From: a virus
Lineage: Duplodnaviria; Heunggongvirae; Uroviricota; Caudoviricetes
Direction: 5' to 3' (one strand)
DNA: 64,000 nucleotides
IMG/VR virus record: IMGVR_UViG_3300042402_002792
This document shows positions 1 through 8,678 of the stretch, in pieces (the stretch's first letter is position 1; every line of letters starts with the position of its first letter). The notes below the pieces were generated by a model. The model worked only from the letters and a program-made list of their open reading frames with translations, did not search any database and was not told the DNA's origin. A program made the position numbers and the translations under genes.

Positions 1-127
1 TGCAGCTAACCGAATATATGAGTTGCGTAATCAATGGCAAGGATTAACTGGCTTTGATCAAAACAACTGGAAAGCCAAATACTTGTTAGGCTGGTCTAAG
101 GCAGAGTACACTGAAAAAACAATATAG

Positions 128-153
128 AAAAAGGACTCCGAAGAGTCCTTTTT
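128..153. terminator. Bidirectional intrinsic terminator
   Basis: AAAAAGGACTC-CGAA-GAGTCCTTTTT; lies between a + gene ending near the window start and convergent minus-strand genes. Confidence 0.8.
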
Positions 154-212
154 CATTTCGTAACAATAATGTATATTACCGCTATGCGGGATAGCTGTCT
201 CTAATATAATAT

Positions 213-479
213 TTACTTCTTAGCGCCGGTATTGACAAAACCGTACATCTTTTCAGCTGTCTCTAATACTTTGTCAAGTCCTGGAAACTCTGGCATATTG
301 ACCTTGTTAACGATCTGACCAGTCTTTTCATCACGTTCAGCACTCATTTCCCAACCGTGAAACTTCATACTGTATTCACTTTGGACAAGATCCTTGGCCA
401 TACCTAGGATGTCTGTGCGGATTTCATATCCGTTCTTGTTAAATTTAACTTCTGGTAATTTTGGTGTTTCAAATGACAT
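213..479 (-). CDS. Hypothetical phage protein (88 aa)
   Basis: ORF with SD GGAG upstream on the minus strand. Confidence 0.75.
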   Translation of the reverse strand: MSFETPKLPEVKFNKNGYEIRTDILGMAKDLVQSEYSMKFHGWEMSAERDEKTGQIVNKVNMPEFPGLDKVLETAEKMYGFVNTGAKK

Positions 480-523
480 ATTATTCTCCTTGTATCTGTG
501 TATGTCTTAAACCGTTAGGTGGT

Positions 524-736
524 TTAGCCCTTCTTTGGAAACCAGCACTTAGTAAAGGCGTCCATTGAATACTTAGCTACGTCAACAGTATTATGTGCTA
601 ACATTTTGCCGAAAGTTGTCTGCGCATCGATAAAATCGTTTGCGGCTTTGTTTAGTGTAGGGTCTTTGATAACTTGATTTGTAAAAGCACGTTTCATGCT
701 TTGAAAGCTATCGATAAAAAAGTCTGGTCCGAACAT
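524..736 (-). CDS. Small helical protein, possibly phasin-like (70 aa)
   Basis: SD AGGAG and TATAAT upstream; amphipathic helical composition; phasin call is tentative. Confidence 0.55.
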   Translation of the reverse strand: MFGPDFFIDSFQSMKRAFTNQVIKDPTLNKAANDFIDAQTTFGKMLAHNTVDVAKYSMDAFTKCWFPKKG

Positions 737-812
737 ATATGTTTCTCCTGTGTGTTTGTATATGTGCTATTATATATCTCTTTTAGATATAAAGCAATAG
801 GTTATGGCAGTA

Positions 813-914
813 TTAGACCCAACCTTGAAACTCGTCTTCAAGGCCTATAGGATGTACCTCCCATCCTCGAGTCTTCCAACGTAGTAGTGTAAGTAGGGAG
901 TCTAGAAAGTTCAT
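813..914 (-). CDS. Micro-ORF MNFLDSLLTLLRWKTRGWEVHPIGLEDEFQGWV (33 aa)
   Basis: Read manually; ATGA overlap with upstream micro-ORF; GAGGAG about 7 nt upstream. Confidence 0.5.
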   Translation of the reverse strand: MNFLDSLLTLLRWKTRGWEVHPIGLEDEFQGWV

Positions 915-988
915 TTATTAAACTCCTCTGCCATATATACTAGAATTATCATCCCAAATACGATAATTTGAATTGCTGCTAATTCCAT
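911..988 (-). CDS. Micro-ORF, single TM peptide MELAAIQIIVFGMIILVYMAEEFNK (25 aa)
   Basis: Read manually; starts 1 nt after the upstream stop; hydrophobic core. Confidence 0.45.
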   Translation of the reverse strand: MELAAIQIIVFGMIILVYMAEEFNK

Positions 989-989
989 G

Positions 990-1109
990 TTAGTTTCCGT
1001 ATATCGCTTTAGCTTCTTCTATACGGCCTTGACGAGCAAGACTTGCGGCAGCACGGGCTTGCCCAAATGCTTGTAAAAATGACCAAATTGCGTTAGTGAT
1101 TGTTTTCAT
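990..1109 (-). CDS. Micro-ORF MKTITNAIWSFLQAFGQARAAASLARQGRIEEAKAIYGN (39 aa)
   Basis: Read manually; ATGA overlap with 1106..1357; AAGGA SD. Confidence 0.55.
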   Translation of the reverse strand: MKTITNAIWSFLQAFGQARAAASLARQGRIEEAKAIYGN

Positions 1110-1357
1110 AGATATCCTTCCTTTTGAGAATTAAATTGTCGGATGTAGTTTTCCAACTGTGCGGCATCGGTAATGCCTTTGGTGTTTAGATATGCATCTA
1201 AACGGCTTTGGTAACTAGAACCTGGGAACATTTCGGATAGACGTTCCATGATCCTAATCATTTGCTCTGAAATGTATTTCATGCTATAATCCTTGTGTAA
1301 GTGTGTGTAGATACTCATGGTTTCTACTAATATATTTAGTCTTTTTCTATCTGGCAT
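1106..1357 (-). CDS. Hypothetical protein (true start probably a downstream ATG)
   Basis: ORF track; divergent TAAATA motifs near 1331 and 1389. Confidence 0.6.
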   Translation of the reverse strand: MPDRKRLNILVETMSIYTHLHKDYSMKYISEQMIRIMERLSEMFPGSSYQSRLDAYLNTKGITDAAQLENYIRQFNSQKEGYL

Positions 1358-1417
1358 TGCAACATTTTTATTTTACTTTACAAAAAGGTTAAATATTAAA
1401 AAGGGATTACGATCAAA

Positions 1418-1678
1418 ATGCGTAAAAGTACCAGGTCAATATTACAAGAATTAAGCGATTTAGGCGTAAGCAGAGACACGGATCAAGTTATCGAAAGTCG
1501 TGGTGCTAATTTAATTGAATCAGCTATAAATCTTTTAACACTAATAAAAGAACAATACGACATAGAAACTGCTGCCGAATTAGAGCGCAGATTTATCAAT
1601 GCTATTAGAACAGCAGAACCCGCTAAATTTAAACGTGGTATGAAAAAGTTACAGGAATCAAAAAATGCAAATAAATGA
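1418..1678 (+). CDS. Hypothetical protein (86 aa), first gene of putative late head cluster
   Basis: ORF downstream of TTAAATA motif. Confidence 0.75.
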   Translation: MRKSTRSILQELSDLGVSRDTDQVIESRGANLIESAINLLTLIKEQYDIETAAELERRFINAIRTAEPAKFKRGMKKLQESKNANK

Positions 1679-2720
1679 AGGCGGAAACATGTTTCCAGAT
1701 GTGGAACCTTTTGATCAAAAGGATGTGCCTGCCCTACTAAACTTAGTTAATAAAGCACTAGGATCCACAGGCATTCGTGCTATTCCTGTAGGTTCTGGTG
1801 CTAGTCCAACACCTGGCAAGATCAGCGGTGATCTAGATGTTATTGCAGACGAAGATCAAGTACTACAATTTTTTAATGCCAACGATGCTAAGTCTGCTCG
1901 CAAAGAGCTCAATGCTTACATTGCTAAACAGGGATTAGAAACTGCTCAAAGCGGCATTAATGTGCATGTTCGTGTACCGTTAGGTGACAAAGCACATCAA
2001 ATTGATATTATGGTAAGCCCTAAGGCTGAAAAAGTTAGTAAGTTTCATACTCACGATATTCCAGCAGGTAGTCCTTACAAAGGTGTAAACAAACAGTTAA
2101 TGTTAGCTATACTAGCTAAGAGTAAAGGCTATATGTGGTCAGCTTGGCAAGGCCTATTTGCTCGTAATCAAGAAGGCAAAAAGGGCGATTTTGTCAGCGA
2201 CGATCTAGATGAGATAGCACGAATCTTGCTAGGCTCAGACTCAAGCAGTCGCAACTTATCATCAGTTGAGGCTATACTTAAAAGCTTACCAGAACCTGAA
2301 TCTAAAGAGCTATTAGATCGTGCTCGTCAAGATCCAAACTGGAAGGAACGACCAGTCAGTGAAGAATTAGCTCGTATTAAAAAGTTAAGTGGATTGAAAG
2401 ACGAGGATATCACTATAGGTGGACTTACTAAACACGATAATGGAGATGTGTCTTATAATGCAGGACCCTTAAGCATACGTAAAAAATCAGACGGTTCAAC
2501 AGATTCGTCTTATACTATGGGAGATACTACTGCTCGTGTACAGCAAAATCCTATAGGAGTTAAGACTCTTACAGCGAAAGGCTCAGCAGCTGATGACATT
2601 GTAGGCGTAGATGCTAGTGCAGCTCGCAAAGGTGTTGATCCTAAGAAGTTTGCAGCTTTCCAGCAACAGCAAGCTAAAGAAGAACTAGACGCTATGTTAA
2701 GAATTGCGAGACTTAGATGA
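1665..2720 (+). CDS. Pol-beta-fold nucleotidyltransferase, probable virion-internal protein
   Basis: Motif VGSG-x8-GDLDV plus third acidic residue in QIDIM; ELARIKKLSGL motif. Confidence 0.65.
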   Translation: MQINEGGNMFPDVEPFDQKDVPALLNLVNKALGSTGIRAIPVGSGASPTPGKISGDLDVIADEDQVLQFFNANDAKSARKELNAYIAKQGLETAQSGINVHVRVPLGDKAHQIDIMVSPKAEKVSKFHTHDIPAGSPYKGVNKQLMLAILAKSKGYMWSAWQGLFARNQEGKKGDFVSDDLDEIARILLGSDSSSRNLSSVEAILKSLPEPESKELLDRARQDPNWKERPVSEELARIKKLSGLKDEDITIGGLTKHDNGDVSYNAGPLSIRKKSDGSTDSSYTMGDTTARVQQNPIGVKTLTAKGSAADDIVGVDASAARKGVDPKKFAAFQQQQAKEELDAMLRIARLR

Positions 2721-3865
2721 GAGCAAAAGAATTTTTAACAGAAGCAGAAGAAGCTGCTAAAAAGAAATTAGGTCGTGCTTTTAATCACTTAGAAGATCTA
2801 GTATTCTTTCACGGGTCTTCAGGTACAATGGAAGCACTGGATCATGTCAAAGAACTAGCTACATCAGAAGGCAGTCAAACACTAAGAATTAAATGGGACG
2901 GTAATCCGCAGATCTACTGGGGTCGTGAACGTAAAGGCGGACCATTAATACTAACAGGACACAATGGATGGCTTCGTGGTGCTAAAACAGATAATCCTAA
3001 AGACCTAGCCAAGTTTATTGCTTACGGCAGTGGCAATCCTAAAACCCCTGAAGAACAACAACAACGAGTAAAATTTGCTAAAGAATTTAGCAGTATGTAT
3101 TCTGTATTTGATGCAGCTACTCCTAAAGACTTCGAAGGATTTGTCTATGGTGATGGACTATTCATGCGTCGACCTGCACTAGACAAAGAGGGTAATTTTA
3201 CGTTCTGCCCAAACCCTAACAGTCAAACTTGCTATCATGTTAAGCCAGACAGTCCTTTAGGTCAACGTATTAAACAAGCACAAATTATGGTTGTAGGACA
3301 TGCGTTCTTCCCAGAGTTTGGCATGGATGACAGTGAACAACAGCCTTTAGACGACTTTGAACAGTTTAACTCAAACCCTGCTGTGATTGTGCAAGGTCCT
3401 GTATACAACTCTAATCCAGTTAGCATTGACACTACAGAAATAGATCGTGTAGAAGCTTACTTAAATCAAAACTCTGCTGTAATCGACTCATTCCTACAGG
3501 GTACAGCAGGTCTAGGTGATCTTAAGAATATATTGTATACCTATGTCAATCAAAGTGCCAAAGCTAAAAACTTAGATCAACTAGGCACACAAGATTTCTT
3601 TGCATGGTTGAAGTCTAGCAAAGTCAGCTTGCCTAAACAGACTAAGATTGAACAACTAGCACAACAAAACGCTAATGCACTAGATGCTATATTTGGACTA
3701 GTTGGTCGTATTATGACACTTAAAGATCGTATTATTAATCAAGTAGAGCAGAACCAAGGCGAAATATGGGCTACAAATGGTGAAGGGTTTGTACGCTATG
3801 CACCTCAAGGCAAACAGTTCGGCAACGTTAAGCTAGTACCTCGCAAACGCTGGACTCCTAAGTAA
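2717..3865 (+). CDS. RNA-ligase-like covalent nucleotidyltransferase (DUF6267-like)
   Basis: KWDG (motif I, KxDG), YGDGLF (III-like), GEGFV (IV-like), NVKLV (V-like); N-terminus MRAKEFLTE. Confidence 0.6.
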   Translation: MRAKEFLTEAEEAAKKKLGRAFNHLEDLVFFHGSSGTMEALDHVKELATSEGSQTLRIKWDGNPQIYWGRERKGGPLILTGHNGWLRGAKTDNPKDLAKFIAYGSGNPKTPEEQQQRVKFAKEFSSMYSVFDAATPKDFEGFVYGDGLFMRRPALDKEGNFTFCPNPNSQTCYHVKPDSPLGQRIKQAQIMVVGHAFFPEFGMDDSEQQPLDDFEQFNSNPAVIVQGPVYNSNPVSIDTTEIDRVEAYLNQNSAVIDSFLQGTAGLGDLKNILYTYVNQSAKAKNLDQLGTQDFFAWLKSSKVSLPKQTKIEQLAQQNANALDAIFGLVGRIMTLKDRIINQVEQNQGEIWATNGEGFVRYAPQGKQFGNVKLVPRKRWTPK

Positions 3866-3879
3866 TTTTTAATCTAGCC

Positions 3880-3907
3880 AAAAAACGGCATAACTTGCCG
3901 TTTTTTT
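3880..3907 (+). terminator. Intrinsic terminator
   Basis: AAAAAACGGCA-TAACT-TGCCGTTTTTTT. Confidence 0.8.
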
Positions 3908-3989
3908 ACGACTTTGGTAAATAATTATACAAAGGCTCACGGGTGTGAGTCCCCTGTAGAGAACAGGGAAAGCCAACGAGGAGATTATC

Positions 3990-4349
3990 ATGGCAGGATT
4001 TACAAGAGTTAACCCAACAGCAGTAGCGTTAGGTACAGTACAAAAAACATTTCAACACACCGTATTCAAGTATGTATTGAGCGGTTCAGGCGGCGCAGTT
4101 GCACTAACAGCAACAACAGCAGCTCCAGTTACCGACGAAATCGGTACAACTTCAGCAGTATTCCAGGTTAAGAGCGATGGTTTAGCTATCATCACTTACG
4201 GTGACAACCACAGCCTAGACATCGACACATTAGCAACCCGTGTTGGTCGTGTTATCGGTGCTGGTTCTTTAACAGGTTCCGGTGTTTGGACATTCACAGC
4301 AGGTGGTACACTAACAGTTACAGCGCCAACAACATTGTACGCACTATAA
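3990..4349 (+). CDS. Small, probably abundant structural protein (119 aa)
   Basis: TAAATA motif, two 5'UTR hairpins, strong GAGGAG SD, G/T/A-rich beta-type sequence, own terminator. Confidence 0.7.
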   Translation: MAGFTRVNPTAVALGTVQKTFQHTVFKYVLSGSGGAVALTATTAAPVTDEIGTTSAVFQVKSDGLAIITYGDNHSLDIDTLATRVGRVIGAGSLTGSGVWTFTAGGTLTVTAPTTLYAL

Positions 4350-4377
4350 TAGTTAATTCTCAGGGATGGGAAGCATT

Positions 4378-4400
4378 AAAGGACCTTCGGGTCCTTTTTT
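4378..4400 (+). terminator. Intrinsic terminator with UUCG loop
   Basis: AAAGGACC-TTCG-GGTCCTTTTTT. Confidence 0.9.
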
Positions 4401-4498
4401 GTTAAGTACAAATATATAAATAAATGTAATAGGCAAACAACCAGGCACTTAAATTAGGCACATGTCCTACGGGAACTTGACCAATACGGAGTAACTGG

Positions 4499-4870
4499 AT
4501 GCCCTCTCAAGCAGAACGACTAGCTATAGTCGAAACGAAAGTAGTAAACATAGAAGACAAAATTGACGCTATAAAAGTAGACGTCAAAGATCTACATGAT
4601 TGTTTAGACAATACTCGAGACCTTCTCGATGCAAAGCTAGACCAAATGATGCTCGAATACAGAGAAAATCGAGATCGTTATTATCAAGTGCTTGAAGATA
4701 ACAAAACTGATGCTGAACTAGCTCACGCAAGTCTAGCAGCTAAAATATCAAACTTAGAAAAACTCAAAATAAAAGTAACCATCGGAGTAGTCGCTGTCAT
4801 TGCTTTTATAGCAGGTACTGGATACTTAACTCTTGAGCAGATAGCTAAAATTGTAGTTAAACTTAGCTAA
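4499..4870 (+). CDS. Coiled-coil protein with C-terminal TM helix (holin/XhlA-like architecture)
   Basis: Heptad region followed by VTIGVVAVIAFIAGTGYL. Confidence 0.6.
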   Translation: MPSQAERLAIVETKVVNIEDKIDAIKVDVKDLHDCLDNTRDLLDAKLDQMMLEYRENRDRYYQVLEDNKTDAELAHASLAAKISNLEKLKIKVTIGVVAVIAFIAGTGYLTLEQIAKIVVKLS

Positions 4871-4904
4871 CTCATACCCATACGACTAGAATTATCAGAG
4901 TAGT

Positions 4905-4910
4905 TAAATA
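4905..4910 (+). promoter_or_regulatory. T4-late-like promoter motif TAAATA (recurrent)
   Basis: Same motif 4-7 nt before ATG at 4905, 5288, 21801, 30231, 31888, 38192, 41977 (+) and 41106 (-); resembles the T4 late promoter TATAAATA. Confidence 0.7.
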
Positions 4911-4915
4911 CTCTG

Positions 4916-5290
4916 ATGATTTACAAACTTTATACGCTAGCAGATATTACAGAAACTGGGCAATATAGGTCAAGATCTGATCTCGAACGACTACAGCAAC
5001 AGAACTTTGATACAGTAATCCAGACAATTGGATTAGCTGGTAACATTGATACTTACAAAAAACCAGAAATAACTAACGGTGATATATTTGGAAACAAAGA
5101 TCTTCGATGCTGGTATTTTGAATGGACAATGGAACGAGAACAAGTGTTTGAACACTTAGGAGACGAACTATTTAGACTTAAAGAATTGTTTGAATTTGTT
5201 CCTATAATAGTAAATCTTACTGAATCTGTATCTTTCGAAAAACCCATGTTTAACCTTGGCCGAAATATCATTTTTGATTTTATGCCATAA
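4916..5290 (+). CDS. Hypothetical protein (124 aa)
   Basis: ORF directly after TAAATA. Confidence 0.75.
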   Translation: MIYKLYTLADITETGQYRSRSDLERLQQQNFDTVIQTIGLAGNIDTYKKPEITNGDIFGNKDLRCWYFEWTMEREQVFEHLGDELFRLKELFEFVPIIVNLTESVSFEKPMFNLGRNIIFDFMP

Positions 5291-5298
5291 ATATACTA

Positions 5299-6048
5299 AT
5301 GCTATTAAGAGAATTTAAACTAGACAGTCTTGTAGGATCAGCAGTTCAGTTTCATGATCAGTTGAATCCAAAGCTTTGGCGCGGCCGAGAGCTTGACCCT
5401 AAGGTTCGATTTAAATTACTTAAGATAGCTAAACATTTTATTGATTTTATTAACATACCTAGTATTAGACTTAGAGATATTACAATATCTGGATCTAATG
5501 CTGCTTATACATATACAGCAACATCAGATATAGATTTACATCTAGTAGTTGACATACCTCGTGCTGCCGAGTATCATTTAAAGCCTTTATTTGATGCTAA
5601 AAAGAATCAATATAACTTTAACCATGATGTTAAAATACACGGTATAGATGTAGAAGTTTATGTACAACCTAGCACAGATAAGCATCATAGTGCTGGCATA
5701 TATAGTGTATTAGATAATGAATGGCTCAGCGCACCTAAGGCAGAAAAGGCCAACATTGATGGTAGTGATGTAGAGCTTAAAGTTAAAAGTTATCTTAATA
5801 AAATTAAAATGGCACTTAGAACTAGAGACCTTGATGCTGCAAATGCTATCAAAGACGAAATAGGCAAATTAAGAAAAAGTGGATTAGATCGTGCTGGAGA
5901 GTTTTCAGTAGAAAATATAGCATTTAAAGTATTACGTGCTAAAGGTTATATAGATCAATTACGCCAACACATTTACGATTTAGAGGACGAGGCCCTTAGC
6001 CTGGAGAACATGTATGAAACGCAACGAAATCATAGTATACGAACATAA
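5299..6048 (+). CDS. Pol-beta-fold nucleotidyltransferase
   Basis: ISGSNAAYTYTATSDIDLHLVVD = hGS-x10-DhD motif; third acidic residue in IDVEVY. Confidence 0.75.
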   Translation: MLLREFKLDSLVGSAVQFHDQLNPKLWRGRELDPKVRFKLLKIAKHFIDFINIPSIRLRDITISGSNAAYTYTATSDIDLHLVVDIPRAAEYHLKPLFDAKKNQYNFNHDVKIHGIDVEVYVQPSTDKHHSAGIYSVLDNEWLSAPKAEKANIDGSDVELKVKSYLNKIKMALRTRDLDAANAIKDEIGKLRKSGLDRAGEFSVENIAFKVLRAKGYIDQLRQHIYDLEDEALSLENMYETQRNHSIRT

Positions 6049-7132
6049 GAAAGGCGTAAGAGCCGTCAAATATAACAAGAAGCCTCAAACTACTATTGAG
6101 CCTCCTAAGCCAACAAACCCTGTGGCTAAGAATGCCAACGCTGCTATTGGCGGAGGAGCTGCTGGTGCTCACAAAAATGAAAAGAAAGCCAGTCAATCAG
6201 TGCGTGGACAAAAGCATAAGAATGCAGAAATGGCGGAAGGCAGCGAGTTTGGTGCTTACTATTATGAAAAAGTAGCACAAGAAATCTTTAACAATCGTGA
6301 AGACATATCTTCAGAAGATGAAGTTTTAAATCAAGCCTACAAAATTGTAGCAAATGATCGAGGACAAAAATCTGCTCGTTATATGTTCAACTACGACGAA
6401 GACTTTCCGAGCGATCTTGTAAGTGCTTACTTTTGGCTACAGAAAAATCAGCAAGATGTAGAAGAAGGCTATGGTAGTCGTAATCCAGATTTAATGAGCC
6501 CTAATGATTACGATCGTTATCAACAAGATCAAATGGACTATGACAAACGTTCTTTTAAACGTGCAGAATTACAGCACGAGTTAGGGCACGAAGACGATCC
6601 CAACTTTGAGCGCAAGATGCGTCAGCAACAGATGGATAGAGATCGAGGACCGTGGTTTATTAAAATTAACGGTAAAATTTTAAAAGTTAAAGGCGAACCA
6701 AAAGTATTTGACTGGAAGAAAGGTGCTAACAACTACGCTCTAGCTGTATTAAAGAACAAGCCAGAGTTACAAGGTAAAATCATGCTGACCAAAAAAGGTG
6801 AAGATGATGTAGCAGAAGCTGGACAAGAAGTAGGAACTATCAGTAAAGTAGATCCTATGACTAAAAAAGCTACAGTAACTAAGTCAGACGGGTCTAGTAT
6901 GGAAATTGATAGTTCAGCTCTTAAACCTACTCCAGACGGCAAAATGCAAATGGACGTACCTGACTCGGATGAAATGAAATCGGGTACTAAAGTTGTTAGT
7001 ACAGAAGGTGCTACAGAAGAAGAAATGATGGCACCTCCTACAGATAGTTCAAGTCCAATTCCAGGCGATAACGACCACGATGAGATCAGCAAACTATTAG
7101 TTAAAAGATTACGTAGGTTAGCAGGGCTATGA
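6014..7132 (+). CDS. Acidic modular virion-internal protein (372 aa)
   Basis: N-terminus MKRNEIIVYE; internal xxE|G/A sites; C-terminal RLRRLAGL. Confidence 0.65.
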   Translation: MKRNEIIVYEHKKGVRAVKYNKKPQTTIEPPKPTNPVAKNANAAIGGGAAGAHKNEKKASQSVRGQKHKNAEMAEGSEFGAYYYEKVAQEIFNNREDISSEDEVLNQAYKIVANDRGQKSARYMFNYDEDFPSDLVSAYFWLQKNQQDVEEGYGSRNPDLMSPNDYDRYQQDQMDYDKRSFKRAELQHELGHEDDPNFERKMRQQQMDRDRGPWFIKINGKILKVKGEPKVFDWKKGANNYALAVLKNKPELQGKIMLTKKGEDDVAEAGQEVGTISKVDPMTKKATVTKSDGSSMEIDSSALKPTPDGKMQMDVPDSDEMKSGTKVVSTEGATEEEMMAPPTDSSSPIPGDNDHDEISKLLVKRLRRLAGL

Positions 7133-7329
7133 AACTAAAAGATGTTCTAAATCAGTTTGAGATTTACACTAACAACGAAGAAGATAAGTTGTTAGAAGAG
7201 CTAACTTACGCTCGTCCTTTAAGTAGTTTTGACGAGCGAGACCAGTTCACAATCGAAGGGTTGATCCGTAAAAGTTTGGTAATTAAGATAGGAGAGATTA
7301 ATCCTAGAGTAATTGCTAATGACCGCTAA
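7129..7329 (+). CDS. Hypothetical protein (66 aa)
   Basis: ATGA coupling to upstream gene. Confidence 0.7.
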   Translation: MKLKDVLNQFEIYTNNEEDKLLEELTYARPLSSFDERDQFTIEGLIRKSLVIKIGEINPRVIANDR

Positions 7330-7738
7330 AGATTTAGAAAGATTTATCACAGAAGAAATTAAACGAGAAATACCCCTAGTGGTTGTTTCTAATAGTTTAT
7401 TGTTTTATAAAGATATTAAGATTAAACAATTAAAGTCAGGTAACTGGTGTTTGTTTAGTAAAACAGGGGATAAAATAGCCGAGTTTAGAATGCGTAGTAC
7501 CGCTAGTCTAGCAGCTAAGTTTTATCACAAAACAGATTTTAAAAACTATAACTGGGTAAAAATAATAGATTTTGAATACTGGCATAACTACACGGACGCA
7601 GAAATCTTTCAATATCGTAAAAAGAATACTAAAGACTTTGACAGACGTGATACCTTTACAGCTAGGTACGAAATGGCAAAGTCTAAAGCAGATCATTACA
7701 AGCAAGAAATAACCTCATTGTTTAAGGTTAACTTTTGA
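7313..7738 (+). CDS. Hypothetical protein (about 140 aa)
   Basis: ORF track; alternative ATG at 7319. Confidence 0.7.
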   Translation: MLMTAKDLERFITEEIKREIPLVVVSNSLLFYKDIKIKQLKSGNWCLFSKTGDKIAEFRMRSTASLAAKFYHKTDFKNYNWVKIIDFEYWHNYTDAEIFQYRKKNTKDFDRRDTFTARYEMAKSKADHYKQEITSLFKVNF

Positions 7739-7775
7739 TAAATAAAAATAACAGTCTTTTAGGGATTATTTTAAA

Positions 7776-8678
7776 ATGCAAATCAAAGAATTAGCACATC
7801 CAAAAACTAGCCGAGCACTCAATGAAAGTGTTGCACAAAAATTTGGCTATAAACTAAATTTAAATAGTTTCACTATGGAACAGCTACGTGCTGCTAGAGA
7901 TAAAATTACTCGTCAGCTTGCTGAATTTGAAACCAGTAGAAACTATGATGCTGTCTATGAAAGCAACGCTTATCAACGTGATCGTGCCCTATTAGACGTA
8001 ATTACAGTAGCAATTTCAGAGCGTACACTTTCCCCAGGCGAAGAATCAAAGAAAGAAAAGTATGTTAAGGGAATGAAAAAGAAGTCAGGCGAATTTAAAA
8101 AGCGTTATGGCGAAAAAGGCGACGAAGTAATGCATGCCACAGCCACTAAAATGGCTAAGAAAGAAAGTATTGAAGAGGCAATGGAAGTGTTACGCTCTGT
8201 TCTTTCAGAAAGAACTCTAACAGAAGGCGAAGAAGAAAAGGCCGCTCTAATTATGAGCGCAAGAGATATGGTTGACAAGATTACAGGTTGGCTAGAAGAT
8301 GTAGCTAGCATGAAGTCCGAGACTATGTTAGAATTAGTAGACTCTATAAGAGACGAACTAGGCAGTGAAGTCAGTGCTCAATTTTCAGGCAAGACAAAAC
8401 CGGCACTAGATGAATTATACACAGCACTAGAAACAAGCAGAACCACAATGGCGCAGGCAGTAGCAATCCTAACTGGTGAAGAAGCACCAGGAATGGGCGC
8501 AGAGTCTCCAGAAGGTATGCCAGCAGAGCTAGGTGCAGAAGCCATGCCTACAGGTGATGATTTTGCAGCAGCTGAACCAGCAGCTGGCGGAGAAGAAGCA
8601 GCAGGACGTATGAAGCGTGAAAGCGTTGAATATAGTCGCAAGCTAGGCACAATACTAAGTCAACCAAAAAAAAAGTAA
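7776..8678 (+). CDS. Acidic coiled-coil head/scaffold-like protein (300 aa)
   Basis: E/A/P-rich helical sequence with LNE, LSE and LTE sites; ends at slippery CCA AAA AAA AAG TAA. Confidence 0.7.
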   Translation: MQIKELAHPKTSRALNESVAQKFGYKLNLNSFTMEQLRAARDKITRQLAEFETSRNYDAVYESNAYQRDRALLDVITVAISERTLSPGEESKKEKYVKGMKKKSGEFKKRYGEKGDEVMHATATKMAKKESIEEAMEVLRSVLSERTLTEGEEEKAALIMSARDMVDKITGWLEDVASMKSETMLELVDSIRDELGSEVSAQFSGKTKPALDELYTALETSRTTMAQAVAILTGEEAPGMGAESPEGMPAELGAEAMPTGDDFAAAEPAAGGEEAAGRMKRESVEYSRKLGTILSQPKKK

